Source: Anaerolineae bacterium
Lineage (GTDB): Bacteria; Chloroflexota; Anaerolineae; JACIWR01
Length of the DNA: 41,388 nucleotides
Reading direction: 5' to 3'
Assembly (NCBI GenBank): GCA_021162125.1
Contig: JAGGZG010000348.1
Location: 1-41,388, forward strand
The first letter of the stretch is position 1. Each line of letters starts with the position of its first letter. The position numbers and the translations under genes are program-made. The notes beneath the pieces are model-generated. The model ran no database searches. It was not told the DNA's origin and worked only from the letters and a program-made list of their open reading frames with translations. Shown here piece by piece: positions 1-9,483 of the stretch.

Positions 1-1373
1 CTTTTATCATGCTGGCGAACCTACGCGGGGTGCGCGAATCCGGCACACTGTTCTCCGTTCCGACTTACCTGTTCATTTTCAGTTTCTACCTCCTGATCGT
101 CGTCGGCCTCGTGCGCTACTTCGCCGGGGGCGTGCCCGTGGCCCGGGCAAAGGCGGTGGCCATCCCTACCGTCCAGCCGGTGACGGTGTTCTTCATCCTG
201 CGCGCATTTGCCTCCGGTTGTACCGCGCTGACCGGCATCGAGGCCATCAGCGACGGTGTTCCGGCTTTCAAACCACCAGAAGCAGTGAATGCCAGCAAGA
301 CGCTCCTCTGGATGGGGGGCATCCTGACCTCTTTGTTTCTGGGTATTACCATGCTTGCGTATCTGTACGGCGTTGTGCCGAGCAAAGGTGAGACAGTGGT
401 ATCAGAGCTGGCGCGGATTGTATTCGGCAACGGCCCTCTGTACTATCTGATCCAGTTGGCCACGGTGCTGGGCCTGACGCTGGCGGCGAACACGAGTTTT
501 GCAGATTTTCCACGGCTCTCCTGGTTCCTGGCCCGCGACCGTTTTCTCCCCCGCCAACTGATGAACCTGGGCGACCGGCTGGTGTTTTCCAATGGGATCA
601 TCCTGCTGAGCGTGCTGTCCTCGCTGTTGGTGATTGTCTTCCATGGGAACACACACGCGCTAATCCCACTGTACGCTGTAGGAGTGTTTATATCTTTCAC
701 ACTCTCGCAGACGGGGATGGTGCGCCGTTGGCTTACCCGCCGTGAGAGTAAGCGCTGGTGGCTGTCGGCAGCGATCAACGGTCTGGGGGCGTTGACCACT
801 GGCATGGTGATGGTCATCGTGGCCGTGACCAGGTTTGCACAAGGAGCCTGGATCGTGGTCCTGCTCCAGCCGATCATCATCGCCATGTTTCTGGAGATCA
901 ACCACCATTACCGCGCCGTGGCTGCCCAACTCTCATTGGAAGGGGTGCAGGAACTGCCCTCGCTATCGGCCAGTAAAGTCATCGTTCCCGTGGCTGGTGT
1001 GCATCGGGGAGTGCTGCACGCGCTGCAATACGCCCGCTCGATTTCCACTGACATCACGGCGGTGTGTGTGGACGTGGACCCGGCGGTGACGGAAAAGGTG
1101 CGAGAAAAATGGCCTCAGTGGGTGAGCGACATCCCGCTGGTGACTCTGCCCTCGCCTTACCGCTCCACCCTGGAACCGCTGATGGACTACATCGAGCAGG
1201 TGGAGCAAAATAATGGACCGGATGATGTGATCACCGTGCTCTTGCCCGAATTCGTGCCGGCTCGCTGGTGGCATCACCTGCTGCACAATCAAACGGCGCT
1301 GTTGATCAGGATGGTACTGCACTACCGTCGCAACACGGTGGTCATTAACGTACCCTACCACCTGGAGAAATAG
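1..1373 (+). CDS. APC-superfamily amino acid/polyamine permease, C-terminal part (5' end outside the window)
   Basis: The frame is open to the window edge. The product is a series of hydrophobic helices (NLRGVRESG, FASGCTALTGIEAISDG motifs typical of APC permeases) followed by a ~150-aa soluble C-terminal domain. Stop TAG at 1371-1373. Confidence 0.75.
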   Translation, partial: FIMLANLRGVRESGTLFSVPTYLFIFSFYLLIVVGLVRYFAGGVPVARAKAVAIPTVQPVTVFFILRAFASGCTALTGIEAISDGVPAFKPPEAVNASKTLLWMGGILTSLFLGITMLAYLYGVVPSKGETVVSELARIVFGNGPLYYLIQLATVLGLTLAANTSFADFPRLSWFLARDRFLPRQLMNLGDRLVFSNGIILLSVLSSLLVIVFHGNTHALIPLYAVGVFISFTLSQTGMVRRWLTRRESKRWWLSAAINGLGALTTGMVMVIVAVTRFAQGAWIVVLLQPIIIAMFLEINHHYRAVAAQLSLEGVQELPSLSASKVIVPVAGVHRGVLHALQYARSISTDITAVCVDVDPAVTEKVREKWPQWVSDIPLVTLPSPYRSTLEPLMDYIEQVEQNNGPDDVITVLLPEFVPARWWHHLLHNQTALLIRMVLHYRRNTVVINVPYHLEK

Positions 1374-1384
1374 GGGGCTTAATT

Positions 1385-2611
1385 GTGACTCCCGGCCGTC
1401 GCACTTTGGTCTCGCCTTTCCTCTGGCTCTGTCTGATGGGGGGCTTTGCCATCTTCAGCTCAACCATGAGCAAAAACCCGGCGCTCCCCCTGTTCATCAA
1501 GAGCCTGGGGGTGGACGAAGGCACGCTGGGATTCATCGCTGCTGCCAGCACGGTAGTGGGCATCGTGGTCAGCCTGCCCGCTGGCGCGCTCTCGGACGTG
1601 TGGGGACGGCGGCGGGTGATCCTGTTGAGCATGGTTGTGTTCGCCACCGCACCCTTCCTGTACCTGCTGGTGAGTGCGCCCTGGCATCTGGTGTTGGTGC
1701 GCGTCTACCACGGCCTGGCGACGGCAATCCTGGGACCGGTGGCCATGGCTGCCGTGGCTGACACTTTCCAGCAAGGGCGTGGTGAGCGCATGGCCTGGTA
1801 CTCCTCGGCGACGATGGTGGGCCGCTTCCTGGCCCCGCTGGTGGGCGGGCTGCTGATCGTGGGAGATGATTTCCGTTGGGTGTACCTGGGCTGCGGGGTG
1901 GCGGGCACGCTGGCCCTGCTGACGGCGCTGCAAGTGTCCAGGACAATGGCCGTGCCGGAGCGGGCGACCGACCCCATCACCCGTCGAGGACTGCACGGCG
2001 GTTGGCGCGAGATGCGTGATGAGTTGCGCATCGTGCTCACCCATAGGGGCATCCTGCTCACTAGCACAGTGGAGGCGGCGCAGTACTTCGCCTTCGGCGC
2101 GGTGGAGACCTTTCTGCCACTGTACCTCAGAGGGCTGGGCTGGGAAGCGCGGGCCATCGGCCCGCTGTTCACGGTTCAGGTAATGGTGACCACGCTGACC
2201 AAGCCGCTGATGGGCCGTTTGAGCGACCGTTGGGGGCGCGAGAGGCCAATTGTGGTGGGGTTGCTGGCGGGGGCGGCGGCGGTAGTGGCCATGCCGTACC
2301 AGGCTGACTATTGGTCGCTGGCGGCACTTACTGCCCTGTTCGGACTGGGAGTGGCGACGGTGACAGCCTCGACCTCGGCGCTGGTGTCGGATCTAAGCCG
2401 GGCGGCGAGCGGCGCGTCGCTGGGGGTACTCTCGAGTGTGATGGACGTGGGGCACTCCGCCGGGCCGATGGTGACGGGACTGCTGGTCAGCACCTGGGGC
2501 TACAGCGGGGCGTTCGGCGTGGTGGCCGGAGTGTTGGGAGTGCTCGCAGTAGCCTTCTACGTGGGGATGCGTGGCCCGGAGGGCCGGGGGCGTGCGACGA
2601 GAGCAAGATGA
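1385..2611 (+). CDS. MFS transporter
   Basis: 408-aa ORF with GTG start 6 nt after an AGGGGG Shine-Dalgarno. About 12 hydrophobic segments and an MFS-like loop motif GALSDVWGRRRV between TM2 and TM3. Confidence 0.8.
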   Translation: MTPGRRTLVSPFLWLCLMGGFAIFSSTMSKNPALPLFIKSLGVDEGTLGFIAAASTVVGIVVSLPAGALSDVWGRRRVILLSMVVFATAPFLYLLVSAPWHLVLVRVYHGLATAILGPVAMAAVADTFQQGRGERMAWYSSATMVGRFLAPLVGGLLIVGDDFRWVYLGCGVAGTLALLTALQVSRTMAVPERATDPITRRGLHGGWREMRDELRIVLTHRGILLTSTVEAAQYFAFGAVETFLPLYLRGLGWEARAIGPLFTVQVMVTTLTKPLMGRLSDRWGRERPIVVGLLAGAAAVVAMPYQADYWSLAALTALFGLGVATVTASTSALVSDLSRAASGASLGVLSSVMDVGHSAGPMVTGLLVSTWGYSGAFGVVAGVLGVLAVAFYVGMRGPEGRGRATRAR

Positions 2612-2623
2612 AGATAGATACAA

Positions 2624-2696
2624 ACCACCAAGGCACAAAGGCACAAAGTGACATTAAAGAGCAAGTAACTTCTCTGTTTCTTGGTGCCTTCGTGGT
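2624..2696. terminator. Long-loop hairpin 13 nt after the MFS stop codon (ACCACCAAGGCAC / GTGCCTTCGTGGT), terminator-like REP
   Basis: 13-nt arms pair at 12/13 positions around an AT-rich loop. A TTTT run follows on the plus strand. AAGGCACAA is tandemly duplicated in the left arm. Confidence 0.35.
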
Positions 2697-2764
2697 GAAT
2701 TTTCGGACACCCTCTAAGTGAGCTTGCGCAGTTGGTCGGCTGGTAATGACAAAGGAGGAGACCG

Positions 2765-3199
2765 ATGAAATGGGTAACTCGTTCACACGTGCACGTGGAT
2801 CGCGTGGCGTGTCCGTGGCTGATCAAACGTTTCGTGGATCCGGAGGCCGAGTTTCTCTTCGTTCCCCGCGACGAGGTGATGGCCGTGGCCGCGCGTGAGG
2901 GAGCGATCCCATTCGACGCTAAGGGCCAGGCCGAACTCGACCACCACGAGGGTCGCTGCTCCTTCGAGAGCATCATCCTCAAGTATAATCTGACAGACCC
3001 GGCCCTATTGCGTCTGGCGCAGATCGTGCACAGCGCCGACGTCTCCGCCGACCGGGGCAAGGACCCGCTGGCGGCAGGGCTGGAGGCCATCGCCACTGGC
3101 TTCGGGCTGCTCTACCCGGATGACCACGAGAACCTGGCACACCAGTTCGCCGTATACGATGCGCTGTACGCCTGGTGCCAGACTCAGGTCGCCCGCTGA
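2765..3199 (+). CDS. ChrB-domain (chromate resistance family) protein
   Basis: 144 aa with AAAGGAGGAG SD 5 nt upstream. The N-terminus MKWVTRSHVHVDRVACPWLIKRFVDPEAEFLFVP matches my recollection of the ChrB C-terminal domain family. Confidence 0.7.
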   Translation: MKWVTRSHVHVDRVACPWLIKRFVDPEAEFLFVPRDEVMAVAAREGAIPFDAKGQAELDHHEGRCSFESIILKYNLTDPALLRLAQIVHSADVSADRGKDPLAAGLEAIATGFGLLYPDDHENLAHQFAVYDALYAWCQTQVAR

Positions 3200-3213
3200 A
3201 GCAACTTTCCAGT

Positions 3214-3680
3214 AGTGGCGCGGACTCGAGGTGTGCGTCAGTTTTGGGGCGAGTTTGCGCCCTGTAGGGGCGACCGGCCGGTCGCCCCATGGGTATCAAG
3301 TTAAGGCCGTGGCTTGGGGAAAGCCCTCCCGAAAGCTCGCCGGCCGGCCCCGCCTGGGGCTCAAAGCCCCGGACTGAGCGGCCCCAGGGTGCTAAGCACC
3401 CTCCGCTAGTGCATTGTAGATTGTAGCGTCGGGGCTTGCCCCCGACGCCTGCGTCGCCCGCAAGGGGCGACGCTACTGGCTCAGCCCTGAGCTTTAGCTC
3501 GGGGTGGCCGGGCTGTCTGCTCTCGACGTAAGCCTTAACTTGATGCGTATAGGGCGCAGCACGCTGCGGCCCTGCGGCGGGACTCAGGATAAGCCCTGTC
3601 CGCCGTAGGCCGACACTGCGGTCGGCCGCTACGGGACAAACCTGCCCCCAAACTGAAGCGCAGCGCGGACTCGCCCCCAC
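3214..3680. repeat. About 470-bp composite inverted-repeat, hairpin-rich non-coding element
   Basis: The left arm (3236-3306, GCGTCAGTTTTGGGGCGAGTTTGCGCCCTGTAGGGGCGACCGG...ATCAAGTTAAGGC) resembles the reverse complement of the right arm (3531-3660, GCCTTAACTTGAT...CCGTAGGCCGAC...GCCCCCAAACTGAAGC). It contains the perfect palindrome GGGGCGACCGGCCGGTCGCCCC at 3267-3288 and at least 5 further GC hairpins. No credible ORF. Confidence 0.55.
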
Positions 3681-3709
3681 TTCCGCTTTCGGGGAGATTG
3701 TGGTATAAT
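3681..3709 (+). promoter_or_regulatory. Candidate ftsK promoter with extended -10 (TGgTATAAT)
   Basis: TATAAT at 3704-3709 is preceded by TGG at 3701-3703. Weak -35 TTCCGC lies 17 nt upstream. AGGAG RBS at about 3723 and ATG at 3740. Confidence 0.5.
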
Positions 3710-3739
3710 GTGCATAGCTCCCAGGAGAACATTTGAGCT

Positions 3740-5980
3740 ATGACCAAGCGAAAGCGAGTGACTCGAAAGAAGCGAAGACGAAGACAGAAGCGCCCCGTGC
3801 CGGTGATCCAGCTCAGCCCTGCCCTCCAGGCCGAGATCGCGGGCATTGTCCTGTTGGGATTAGCCGTGCTCACCATCCTCAGCATGCTTCCCTTTGGCCG
3901 GGGGATGCTCACCACGGGCTGGTTAACCCTGCTGCGCGCCATGTTCGGCTGGGGGGCATACGTGTCCTTCATCGGCATGGCAGCGGCGGGTGTGTGGCTG
4001 CTGCGCAAGGGGATGGATCGCGATCTTCCCCTGCGCTGGGAGCGCGTGACGGGCATCGGCCTGCTGTTCATCTTGGTCCTGTCCCTGATCCACTTGTTGG
4101 CCGGCGCCGAAGACCCATTGGCCCTGGCCGATGCGGGCGGCGGCGGGGGTTACCTGGGCTGGATGGTAAGCCAGCTCGTGGTCTCGGCTACGGGGCGCAT
4201 CGGAGGGCTCGTCGTCATCCTGACGATGATGACCGTGACTCTCATCCTGCTATTGGGCGTCTCCCTCAGCGAGGTAGTCCCGGCCCTGCGACAGGGCTGG
4301 CAGCGGTTATTGGCCCTGCGCGATGCTCGCTTCCGGCCGATGACCATCCGCCGGAATGGAGTCACGGAGCAACGCGGCACGCCCTTAGCCTCGCCGCCGT
4401 CACCCACCCCATCCTCGCGCCAACCCACCCGCCAGCCAGAACCGCCGTCCGCGCCGGCTGGACCGCTCCTCCCACCGGTGATCATCGGCGGGCAACAGGA
4501 GTGGCAACTGCCCCCAGTAGACGAGATACTCGAAGAAAGCACCGAGCAGGAGATGAGCCAGGCGGAGATCCGGGCGCGGGCGCGTCTGATCGAGGAGACC
4601 CTGACCAGCCTGGGCGTGCCGGTCCGCGTGGTGGAGGTCAATCAGGGGCCGGTGATTACTCAGTTCGGGGTGGAGCCTGGCTTCGTGGATGGGCGAGGCG
4701 GCCGGCGCACCAGAGTCAAGGTGCGCAAAATCCAGGCCCTGGCCGATGACCTGGCGCTGGCATTGGCCGCCGCGCCGGTACGCATCGAAGCGCCGGTGCC
4801 CGGTCGCTCCATCGTTGGCATCGAGGTGCCTAATGCGGAGATATCCCTGGTCTCCCTGCGCAGCGTGATGGGCACCGAAGTTTTCCAGAAGATGCCCTCC
4901 AAACTCAAGCTGGCCCTGGGGCAGAACGTATCGGGGCAACCGGTGGTGGCCGATCTGGCGACCATGCCCCACCTGCTCATCGCCGGAGCAACGGGCTCGG
5001 GCAAGTCGGTGTGCATCAACTCCATCGTCACCTGCCTGCTGTGCAACAATACCCCCGACGACCTGCGGCTAATCATGGTGGACCCCAAGCGCGTCGAGTT
5101 GACCAACTTCAACGGCATCCCCCACCTGATGGCTCCGGTGGTGGTGGACCTAGAGCGGGTAGTGGGCACGCTGCGCTGGGTCGTTCGTGAGATGGACCAG
5201 CGATACAGGAAGTTCGCCAGCGTTGGGGCGCGCAACATCGAGGATTACAACCAGCGGATGGCGGCCGAGGGCGAGCACATGCCCTGCATCGTGGTCGTCA
5301 TTGACGAGCTGGCCGACCTGATGATGCTGGCCCCGGACGAGGTGGAGCGGGCGGTGTGTCGCATTGCCCAGATGTCCCGTGCCACTGGCATTCACCTGAT
5401 CATCGCCACCCAGCGACCCAGCGTGGACGTGGTCACCGGCCTGATCAAGGCCAACTTCCCGGCACGGATCAGTTTCGCCGTCACCAGCCAGGTGGACTCG
5501 CGGGTGATCCTGGACATGGGTGGCGCGGAACGGCTGTTGGGTCGGGGCGACATGCTGTACATGGCTTCGGACAGGGCCTCGCCCATGCGTCTGCAAGGCT
5601 GCTTCGTCTCTGACCGGGAGCTTAACCGTCTGGTGCGCTACTGGAAAGGCGCACGTACTGCGGAGGTGCCCGATCTGGAATCGGCCCGCCCGGAGGACTT
5701 CGTCCAGCGGCCGCTGTGGGAGGAGATGCGCGAGAAAGCGACACGGGCTCATCGGGAGGACGACCTGCTGGAGCGGGCCATCGAGGTGGTGCGCCAGGCC
5801 AACCGGGCTTCGATTTCGCTGCTGCAACGCAAGCTGCGCATCGGGTACTCCCGCGCCGCGAGGTTGATTGACCTGCTGGAGGAGAAAGGCTACGTGGGGC
5901 CGCCCCAGGGCGGCAGCCGTGCCCGCGAGGTGTTGCTGCCTCCTGAGGACGAGGCAGGCGCTACGCGCCCACACCGATAA
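3740..5980 (+). CDS. ftsK: DNA translocase FtsK/SpoIIIE
   Basis: 746 aa: basic N-terminus, 4 TM helices and a Pro-rich linker. The motor domain has Walker A GATGSGKS and Walker B VVVIDELAD. C-terminal winged-helix gamma domain (ISLLQRKLRIGYSRAARLIDLLEEKGYVG). Confidence 0.95.
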   Translation: MTKRKRVTRKKRRRRQKRPVPVIQLSPALQAEIAGIVLLGLAVLTILSMLPFGRGMLTTGWLTLLRAMFGWGAYVSFIGMAAAGVWLLRKGMDRDLPLRWERVTGIGLLFILVLSLIHLLAGAEDPLALADAGGGGGYLGWMVSQLVVSATGRIGGLVVILTMMTVTLILLLGVSLSEVVPALRQGWQRLLALRDARFRPMTIRRNGVTEQRGTPLASPPSPTPSSRQPTRQPEPPSAPAGPLLPPVIIGGQQEWQLPPVDEILEESTEQEMSQAEIRARARLIEETLTSLGVPVRVVEVNQGPVITQFGVEPGFVDGRGGRRTRVKVRKIQALADDLALALAAAPVRIEAPVPGRSIVGIEVPNAEISLVSLRSVMGTEVFQKMPSKLKLALGQNVSGQPVVADLATMPHLLIAGATGSGKSVCINSIVTCLLCNNTPDDLRLIMVDPKRVELTNFNGIPHLMAPVVVDLERVVGTLRWVVREMDQRYRKFASVGARNIEDYNQRMAAEGEHMPCIVVVIDELADLMMLAPDEVERAVCRIAQMSRATGIHLIIATQRPSVDVVTGLIKANFPARISFAVTSQVDSRVILDMGGAERLLGRGDMLYMASDRASPMRLQGCFVSDRELNRLVRYWKGARTAEVPDLESARPEDFVQRPLWEEMREKATRAHREDDLLERAIEVVRQANRASISLLQRKLRIGYSRAARLIDLLEEKGYVGPPQGGSRAREVLLPPEDEAGATRPHR

Positions 5981-6149
5981 GCGGGCCAATCTCATCACAC
6001 TTCCCACGCTCCCTACCACCCAGCCCACTCAAGCAGACATCGCCTGGCTGACCTATGGTCTCGAACTGGACACGGCTGCCAATCGCTATCGCCTTGTACC
6101 TCGCCAGACAATATACACCCATTCCACCCGGCTCTGGACAAAATTACCT

Positions 6150-6360
6150 AGTGACAGTTCGAGGATGCCATTGCGAAGAGGCGCTCCGCGCTACACTTGG
6201 GACAGTAGTCGTCCTGAGCGGAGTGCGTCCCTGAGCGGCAGCGAGGGGGCGCACGCAGTCGAAGGACGACGAAGGATCGAATCCCGCATCCTTCGTGGCC
6301 GCGAGGCTGTTTCGGGAGCCTCCCCCACCCTGCGCAGCGACACTCGGACAAAACTGTCGG
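6150..6360. repeat. GC-rich nested-hairpin repeat region (GTCGTCCTGAGCGG... class)
   Basis: GACAGTT (6153-6159) and AACTGTC (6352-6358) bracket nested stems GTCGTCC/GGACGAC, GTGCG/CGCAC and GAAGGAT/ATCCTTC. CCTGAGCGG is duplicated. Only implausible ORFs overlap. Confidence 0.35.
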
Positions 6361-6446
6361 GTAGCTAGAAACGAGGTAACAGATAGATTGAAATGAAAAG
6401 TCAGATTGATGACCAAAAGAAAGAAACACAGAAAGGAGATCGCTCA

Positions 6447-7214
6447 ATGCGAACACCAATTATCGCCGGTAACTGGAAGATGCACAAGACCATCGAGGAG
6501 GCTGTGGCCTTCGTCCGCGAGATTCGATTCAAGCTGAACGAGATTAAGGGGGTGGACAAGGTGATCTGCCCGCCCTTCGTCGCCCTGGCCCCCGTGAAGG
6601 AACTCCTGGTGCCCACGGACATCGGCCTGGGGGCACAGAACATGTACTTCGAGGAGCAGGGGGCTTACACCGGGGAAATTTCGCCGCTGATGCTCAAGGG
6701 GCTGTGCCAGTACGTGATCCTGGGGCACTCGGAGCGGCGCGCCTACTTCGGTGAGACGGACGAGGGAGTGAACCGCAAAATCAAGGCGGCCTTCGCCCAC
6801 GGTCTGACGCCTATCGTCTGCGTGGGTGAGAGCCTGGAGCAGCACGAGGCCGGACAGACCGAGGAGTGGGTCAGCGGGCAGGTGCGGGCCGCGCTGGATG
6901 GCCTCACCGCCGATCAGGTCCGTTCGCTGATCATCGCCTACGAGCCCATCTGGGCCATTGGCACGGGCAAGGCGGCCACCGGGGCTGGGGCCAACGCGGT
7001 CATCGGCCTGACCATTCGCGGCACCATCGCCGACCTGTACGACCAGGCCACCGCCCAGGCGGTGCGCGTACAGTACGGCGGCAGCGTGAAACCGAACAAC
7101 ATCGCCGAGTTCATGAGCCAGCCGGACATTGATGGCGCACTCGTCGGCGGGGCCAGTCTCAAACCTGACTTCGTGGAGATCGTGCGCATCAGCGCCGAGG
7201 TGAAGGGCGTGTAG
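6447..7214 (+). CDS. tpiA: Triose-phosphate isomerase
   Basis: [15 protein letters not shown]-terminus with catalytic motifs ([17 protein letters not shown]). Start moved from ORF start 6393 to ATG 6447, which has GAAAGGAG 8 nt upstream. Confidence 0.93.
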   Translation: MRTPIIAGNWKMHKTIEEAVAFVREIRFKLNEIKGVDKVICPPFVALAPVKELLVPTDIGLGAQNMYFEEQGAYTGEISPLMLKGLCQYVILGHSERRAYFGETDEGVNRKIKAAFAHGLTPIVCVGESLEQHEAGQTEEWVSGQVRAALDGLTADQVRSLIIAYEPIWAIGTGKAATGAGANAVIGLTIRGTIADLYDQATAQAVRVQYGGSVKPNNIAEFMSQPDIDGALVGGASLKPDFVEIVRISAEVKGV

Positions 7215-7220
7215 CGTTTA

Positions 7221-7252
7221 CCCTCCCGCGGGTTCCAAAACCTGCGGGAGGG
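7221..7252. repeat. Copy 1 of the CCCTCCCGC(A/G)GGTT / AACCTGCGGGAGGG hairpin family (terminator-like)
   Basis: 14-bp stem (one G-U pair) with 4-nt loop, 7 nt after the tpiA stop, between convergent tpiA and rpsI. Confidence 0.7.
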
Positions 7253-7261
7253 TGCAAACGC

Positions 7262-7305
7262 AAAAGGCGCAGAGCCCGACGACGTCATGCGGGCTCTGCG
7301 CCTTT
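7262..7305. terminator. Bidirectional intrinsic terminator between tpiA and rpsI
   Basis: 15-bp perfect stem AAAGGCGCAGAGCCC / GGGCTCTGCGCCTTT with 13-nt loop. It is flanked by A-rich sequence on the left and T-rich on the right, giving a U-tract in both orientations. Confidence 0.75.
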
Positions 7306-7336
7306 GTGTGCAATTTGGGGTTGACCGGGAACGGAT

Positions 7337-7732
7337 CTACCGCTTGGTGTAGGTCGGTGCCTTGCGTGCCCGCTTGAGACCCGGCTTCTTGCGCTCTTTC
7401 ATCCGCGCGTCGCGGGTGAGAAATCCGCCGGTCCGCAGCACGGGACGAAGGTCCGGGTTGGCTTTGAGCAGGGCGCGGGCAATGCCCATCCGCACCGCCC
7501 CTGCCTGTCCAGAGATGCCCCCACCCTTCACGTGCACGGTGATGTTGAACGTATCTTTCATACCCACTGCTTCTAACGGAGCCAGCAAGTGAGTCACGTC
7601 ACCCGGACGGCGGAAGTATTCCTCCAGCGGTTTGTCGTTAATGATAATGCTACCCGTGCCGCCGGGGAAAAGTCGCACCCGAGCCGTGGCCGTTTTTCTC
7701 CTGCCCACTCCTTCGTAATAAACGCTCGCCAT
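7337..7732 (-). CDS. rpsI: 30S ribosomal protein S9
   Basis: 131 aa. C-terminal GGFLTRDARMKERKKPGLKRARKAPTYTKR is the S9 signature tail. Confidence 0.97.
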   Translation of the reverse strand: MASVYYEGVGRRKTATARVRLFPGGTGSIIINDKPLEEYFRRPGDVTHLLAPLEAVGMKDTFNITVHVKGGGISGQAGAVRMGIARALLKANPDLRPVLRTGGFLTRDARMKERKKPGLKRARKAPTYTKR

Positions 7733-7748
7733 CTACTCAATCTCCTCT

Positions 7749-8177
7749 CTACAGGACCAACTCTTTGGGCTGCTGCGCCTGGTGGGGATGTTCCTTACCA
7801 GCGTAGATTTTCAACTTCTTGATCATTCGCCGTCCCAACCTGTTCTTAGGCAACATCCCTCGCACGGCCGCCTTCAGCACGCGAGTAGGGTGCCGGGCCA
7901 ACTGGTCCCTGAGGCTGATGCTCTTCAACCCACCCGGATAGCCCGAATGGCGGTAGTAAAACTTCTGATCCAGCTTGCGCCCAGTGACCCGCACCTTCTC
8001 GGCGTTGATCACGATAACGAAATCACCCACGTCCAGGTGGGGACTGTAGATAGGCTTATGCTTGCCTTTGAGAATTTTGGCAATCTCTGAAGCGAGGCGG
8101 CCCAGGGTTTTGCCCTCGGCATCCACCACGAACCACTCTCGCTCAATCTCGCTCGCCCTAACCGCGTACGTTTTCAC
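7749..8177 (-). CDS. rplM: 50S ribosomal protein L13
   Basis: [31 protein letters not shown] is a canonical L13 N-terminus. GTG start at 8177 with AAGGAG 8 nt upstream. The longer ORF to 8246 would overlap truA. Confidence 0.93.
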   Translation of the reverse strand: MKTYAVRASEIEREWFVVDAEGKTLGRLASEIAKILKGKHKPIYSPHLDVGDFVIVINAEKVRVTGRKLDQKFYYRHSGYPGGLKSISLRDQLARHPTRVLKAAVRGMLPKNRLGRRMIKKLKIYAGKEHPHQAQQPKELVL

Positions 8178-8218
8178 AGCTCCAACTCCTTGAGAATTAC
8201 AATTCCAGATCAGCGGGG

Positions 8219-9010
8219 TCACCCGTAATTCACCCGCATCAAGCATAGACCGTGGGGCGGGGCTGTGGGCCCAGCCAGACTCCGCTCCGCCGCGTGCAGA
8301 ATCTCCGCGAAATCCTGGGGTGAAAGCTTACCGCTGCCCACCTGCAACAGCGTGCCCACTATGCTGCGCACCATCCGTCGCAAAAAGGCGTTGGCCTCGA
8401 TGTCGAGGTAGACAAAAGGTCCTTCTCGACTGCACCAGGCCCGCATCACCCGGCGTACGGTGTTCTCCCCCTGAGGCGGCTGCCCGAACGTGGCGAAGTC
8501 GTGCGTGCCTATCAGCGCCCGCGCTGCTCGATTCATGGCCTCCACGTCCAGTGGATGGGACCAGTGATAAGAGAATCTCCGCGCCAGGGGCGAGCGCAAC
8601 GGCTGATTGAAAACAGTGTACCGATACTCCCGGCTGCGCGCGCTAAATCGGGGATGAAACCCCTCCTCCACCAATGCCAGCTCACGCACCGCCACGTCCT
8701 CCGCCAACAGGGCATTGAGCCCTCGTTCCAGGTCGGTCAACGGATGCCGCCACCCGGTATGGAAGGCGATCACCTGTCCACGCGCGTGGACCCCCGCGTC
8801 GGTACGGCCAGCGGCGGTGATGCGAATCGTCTCCCGGGTCACGGCGGCCAGCGCCCGCTCTAACTCGCCCTGCACGGTCGGCTGATCGTCCTGCCACTGA
8901 AACCCGCAGTAGTCTGTGCCGTCGTACTCGACCGTGGCCCGTACGTAACGGATGCCAGATGCCGGTTGCTGGTCGTCAGCCGCCCGCCCCTGGCGCCCGT
9001 CTCCGAGCAT
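8219..9010 (-). CDS. truA: tRNA pseudouridine(38-40) synthase TruA
   Basis: 263 aa with [12 protein letters not shown] and the catalytic GRTDAGVHA motif. Confidence 0.93.
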   Translation of the reverse strand: MLGDGRQGRAADDQQPASGIRYVRATVEYDGTDYCGFQWQDDQPTVQGELERALAAVTRETIRITAAGRTDAGVHARGQVIAFHTGWRHPLTDLERGLNALLAEDVAVRELALVEEGFHPRFSARSREYRYTVFNQPLRSPLARRFSYHWSHPLDVEAMNRAARALIGTHDFATFGQPPQGENTVRRVMRAWCSREGPFVYLDIEANAFLRRMVRSIVGTLLQVGSGKLSPQDFAEILHAAERSLAGPTAPPHGLCLMRVNYG

Positions 9011-9014
9011 CCAG

Positions 9015-9395
9015 CTACTCCTCGACCAACTCGATCAGGGCAATGCGTGCCCCATCGCCCTGGCGCCGACCTAGCTTGAGAATGCGGGTATATCCTCCTG
9101 GTCGCTCCTCGTAGCGCGGTGCAATCTCGTCAAAAAGCTTGCGTACCACCTCAGAGCCGTTCAGGCGAGCGGCGGCCAGTCGCCGGGCATGCACCCGACG
9201 AGCTGGTTCGTCCGCGCTGTTGCCCCGCTTGGCAATGGTGATCAGCCGCTCTGCCTGACCGCGAATGGCCTTAGCCTTGGCCTCGGTGGTGGTAATCCGC
9301 CCGTGGAGAAACAACTGGGTGATCATATTTCTATATAGAGCCCGCCGCTGTCCAGTACTGCGGCCCAGCTTGCGGCCGGCTTTCCGGTGTCTCAT
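9015..9395 (-). CDS. rplQ: 50S ribosomal protein L17
   Basis: [25 protein letters not shown]-terminus. 126 aa. Confidence 0.97.
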   Translation of the reverse strand: MRHRKAGRKLGRSTGQRRALYRNMITQLFLHGRITTTEAKAKAIRGQAERLITIAKRGNSADEPARRVHARRLAAARLNGSEVVRKLFDEIAPRYEERPGGYTRILKLGRRQGDGARIALIELVEE

Positions 9396-9483
9396 CGTCT
9401 CACTCTCCTGATTCTCCGACTAACCGTCACTACTGCTCTGCCAAACATAACGCGAACCCGCCAATCCCCCACGTCTGCTAATG

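Noticed and set aside
2979-3680. 233-aa minus-strand ORF spanning the ChrB 3' end and the 3214-3680 repeat
   Set aside because: Its sequence is the translation of palindromic GC hairpins (GRPAGRPY, VGGKPRRYNLQ-type strings). No RBS. Treated as non-coding repeat.
3733-4749. 338-aa alternative-frame ORF and the 292-aa antisense ORF (5150-6028) over ftsK
   Set aside because: The FtsK frame carries all diagnostic motifs. The alternative frames are Gly/Arg/Pro-rich GC artefacts.
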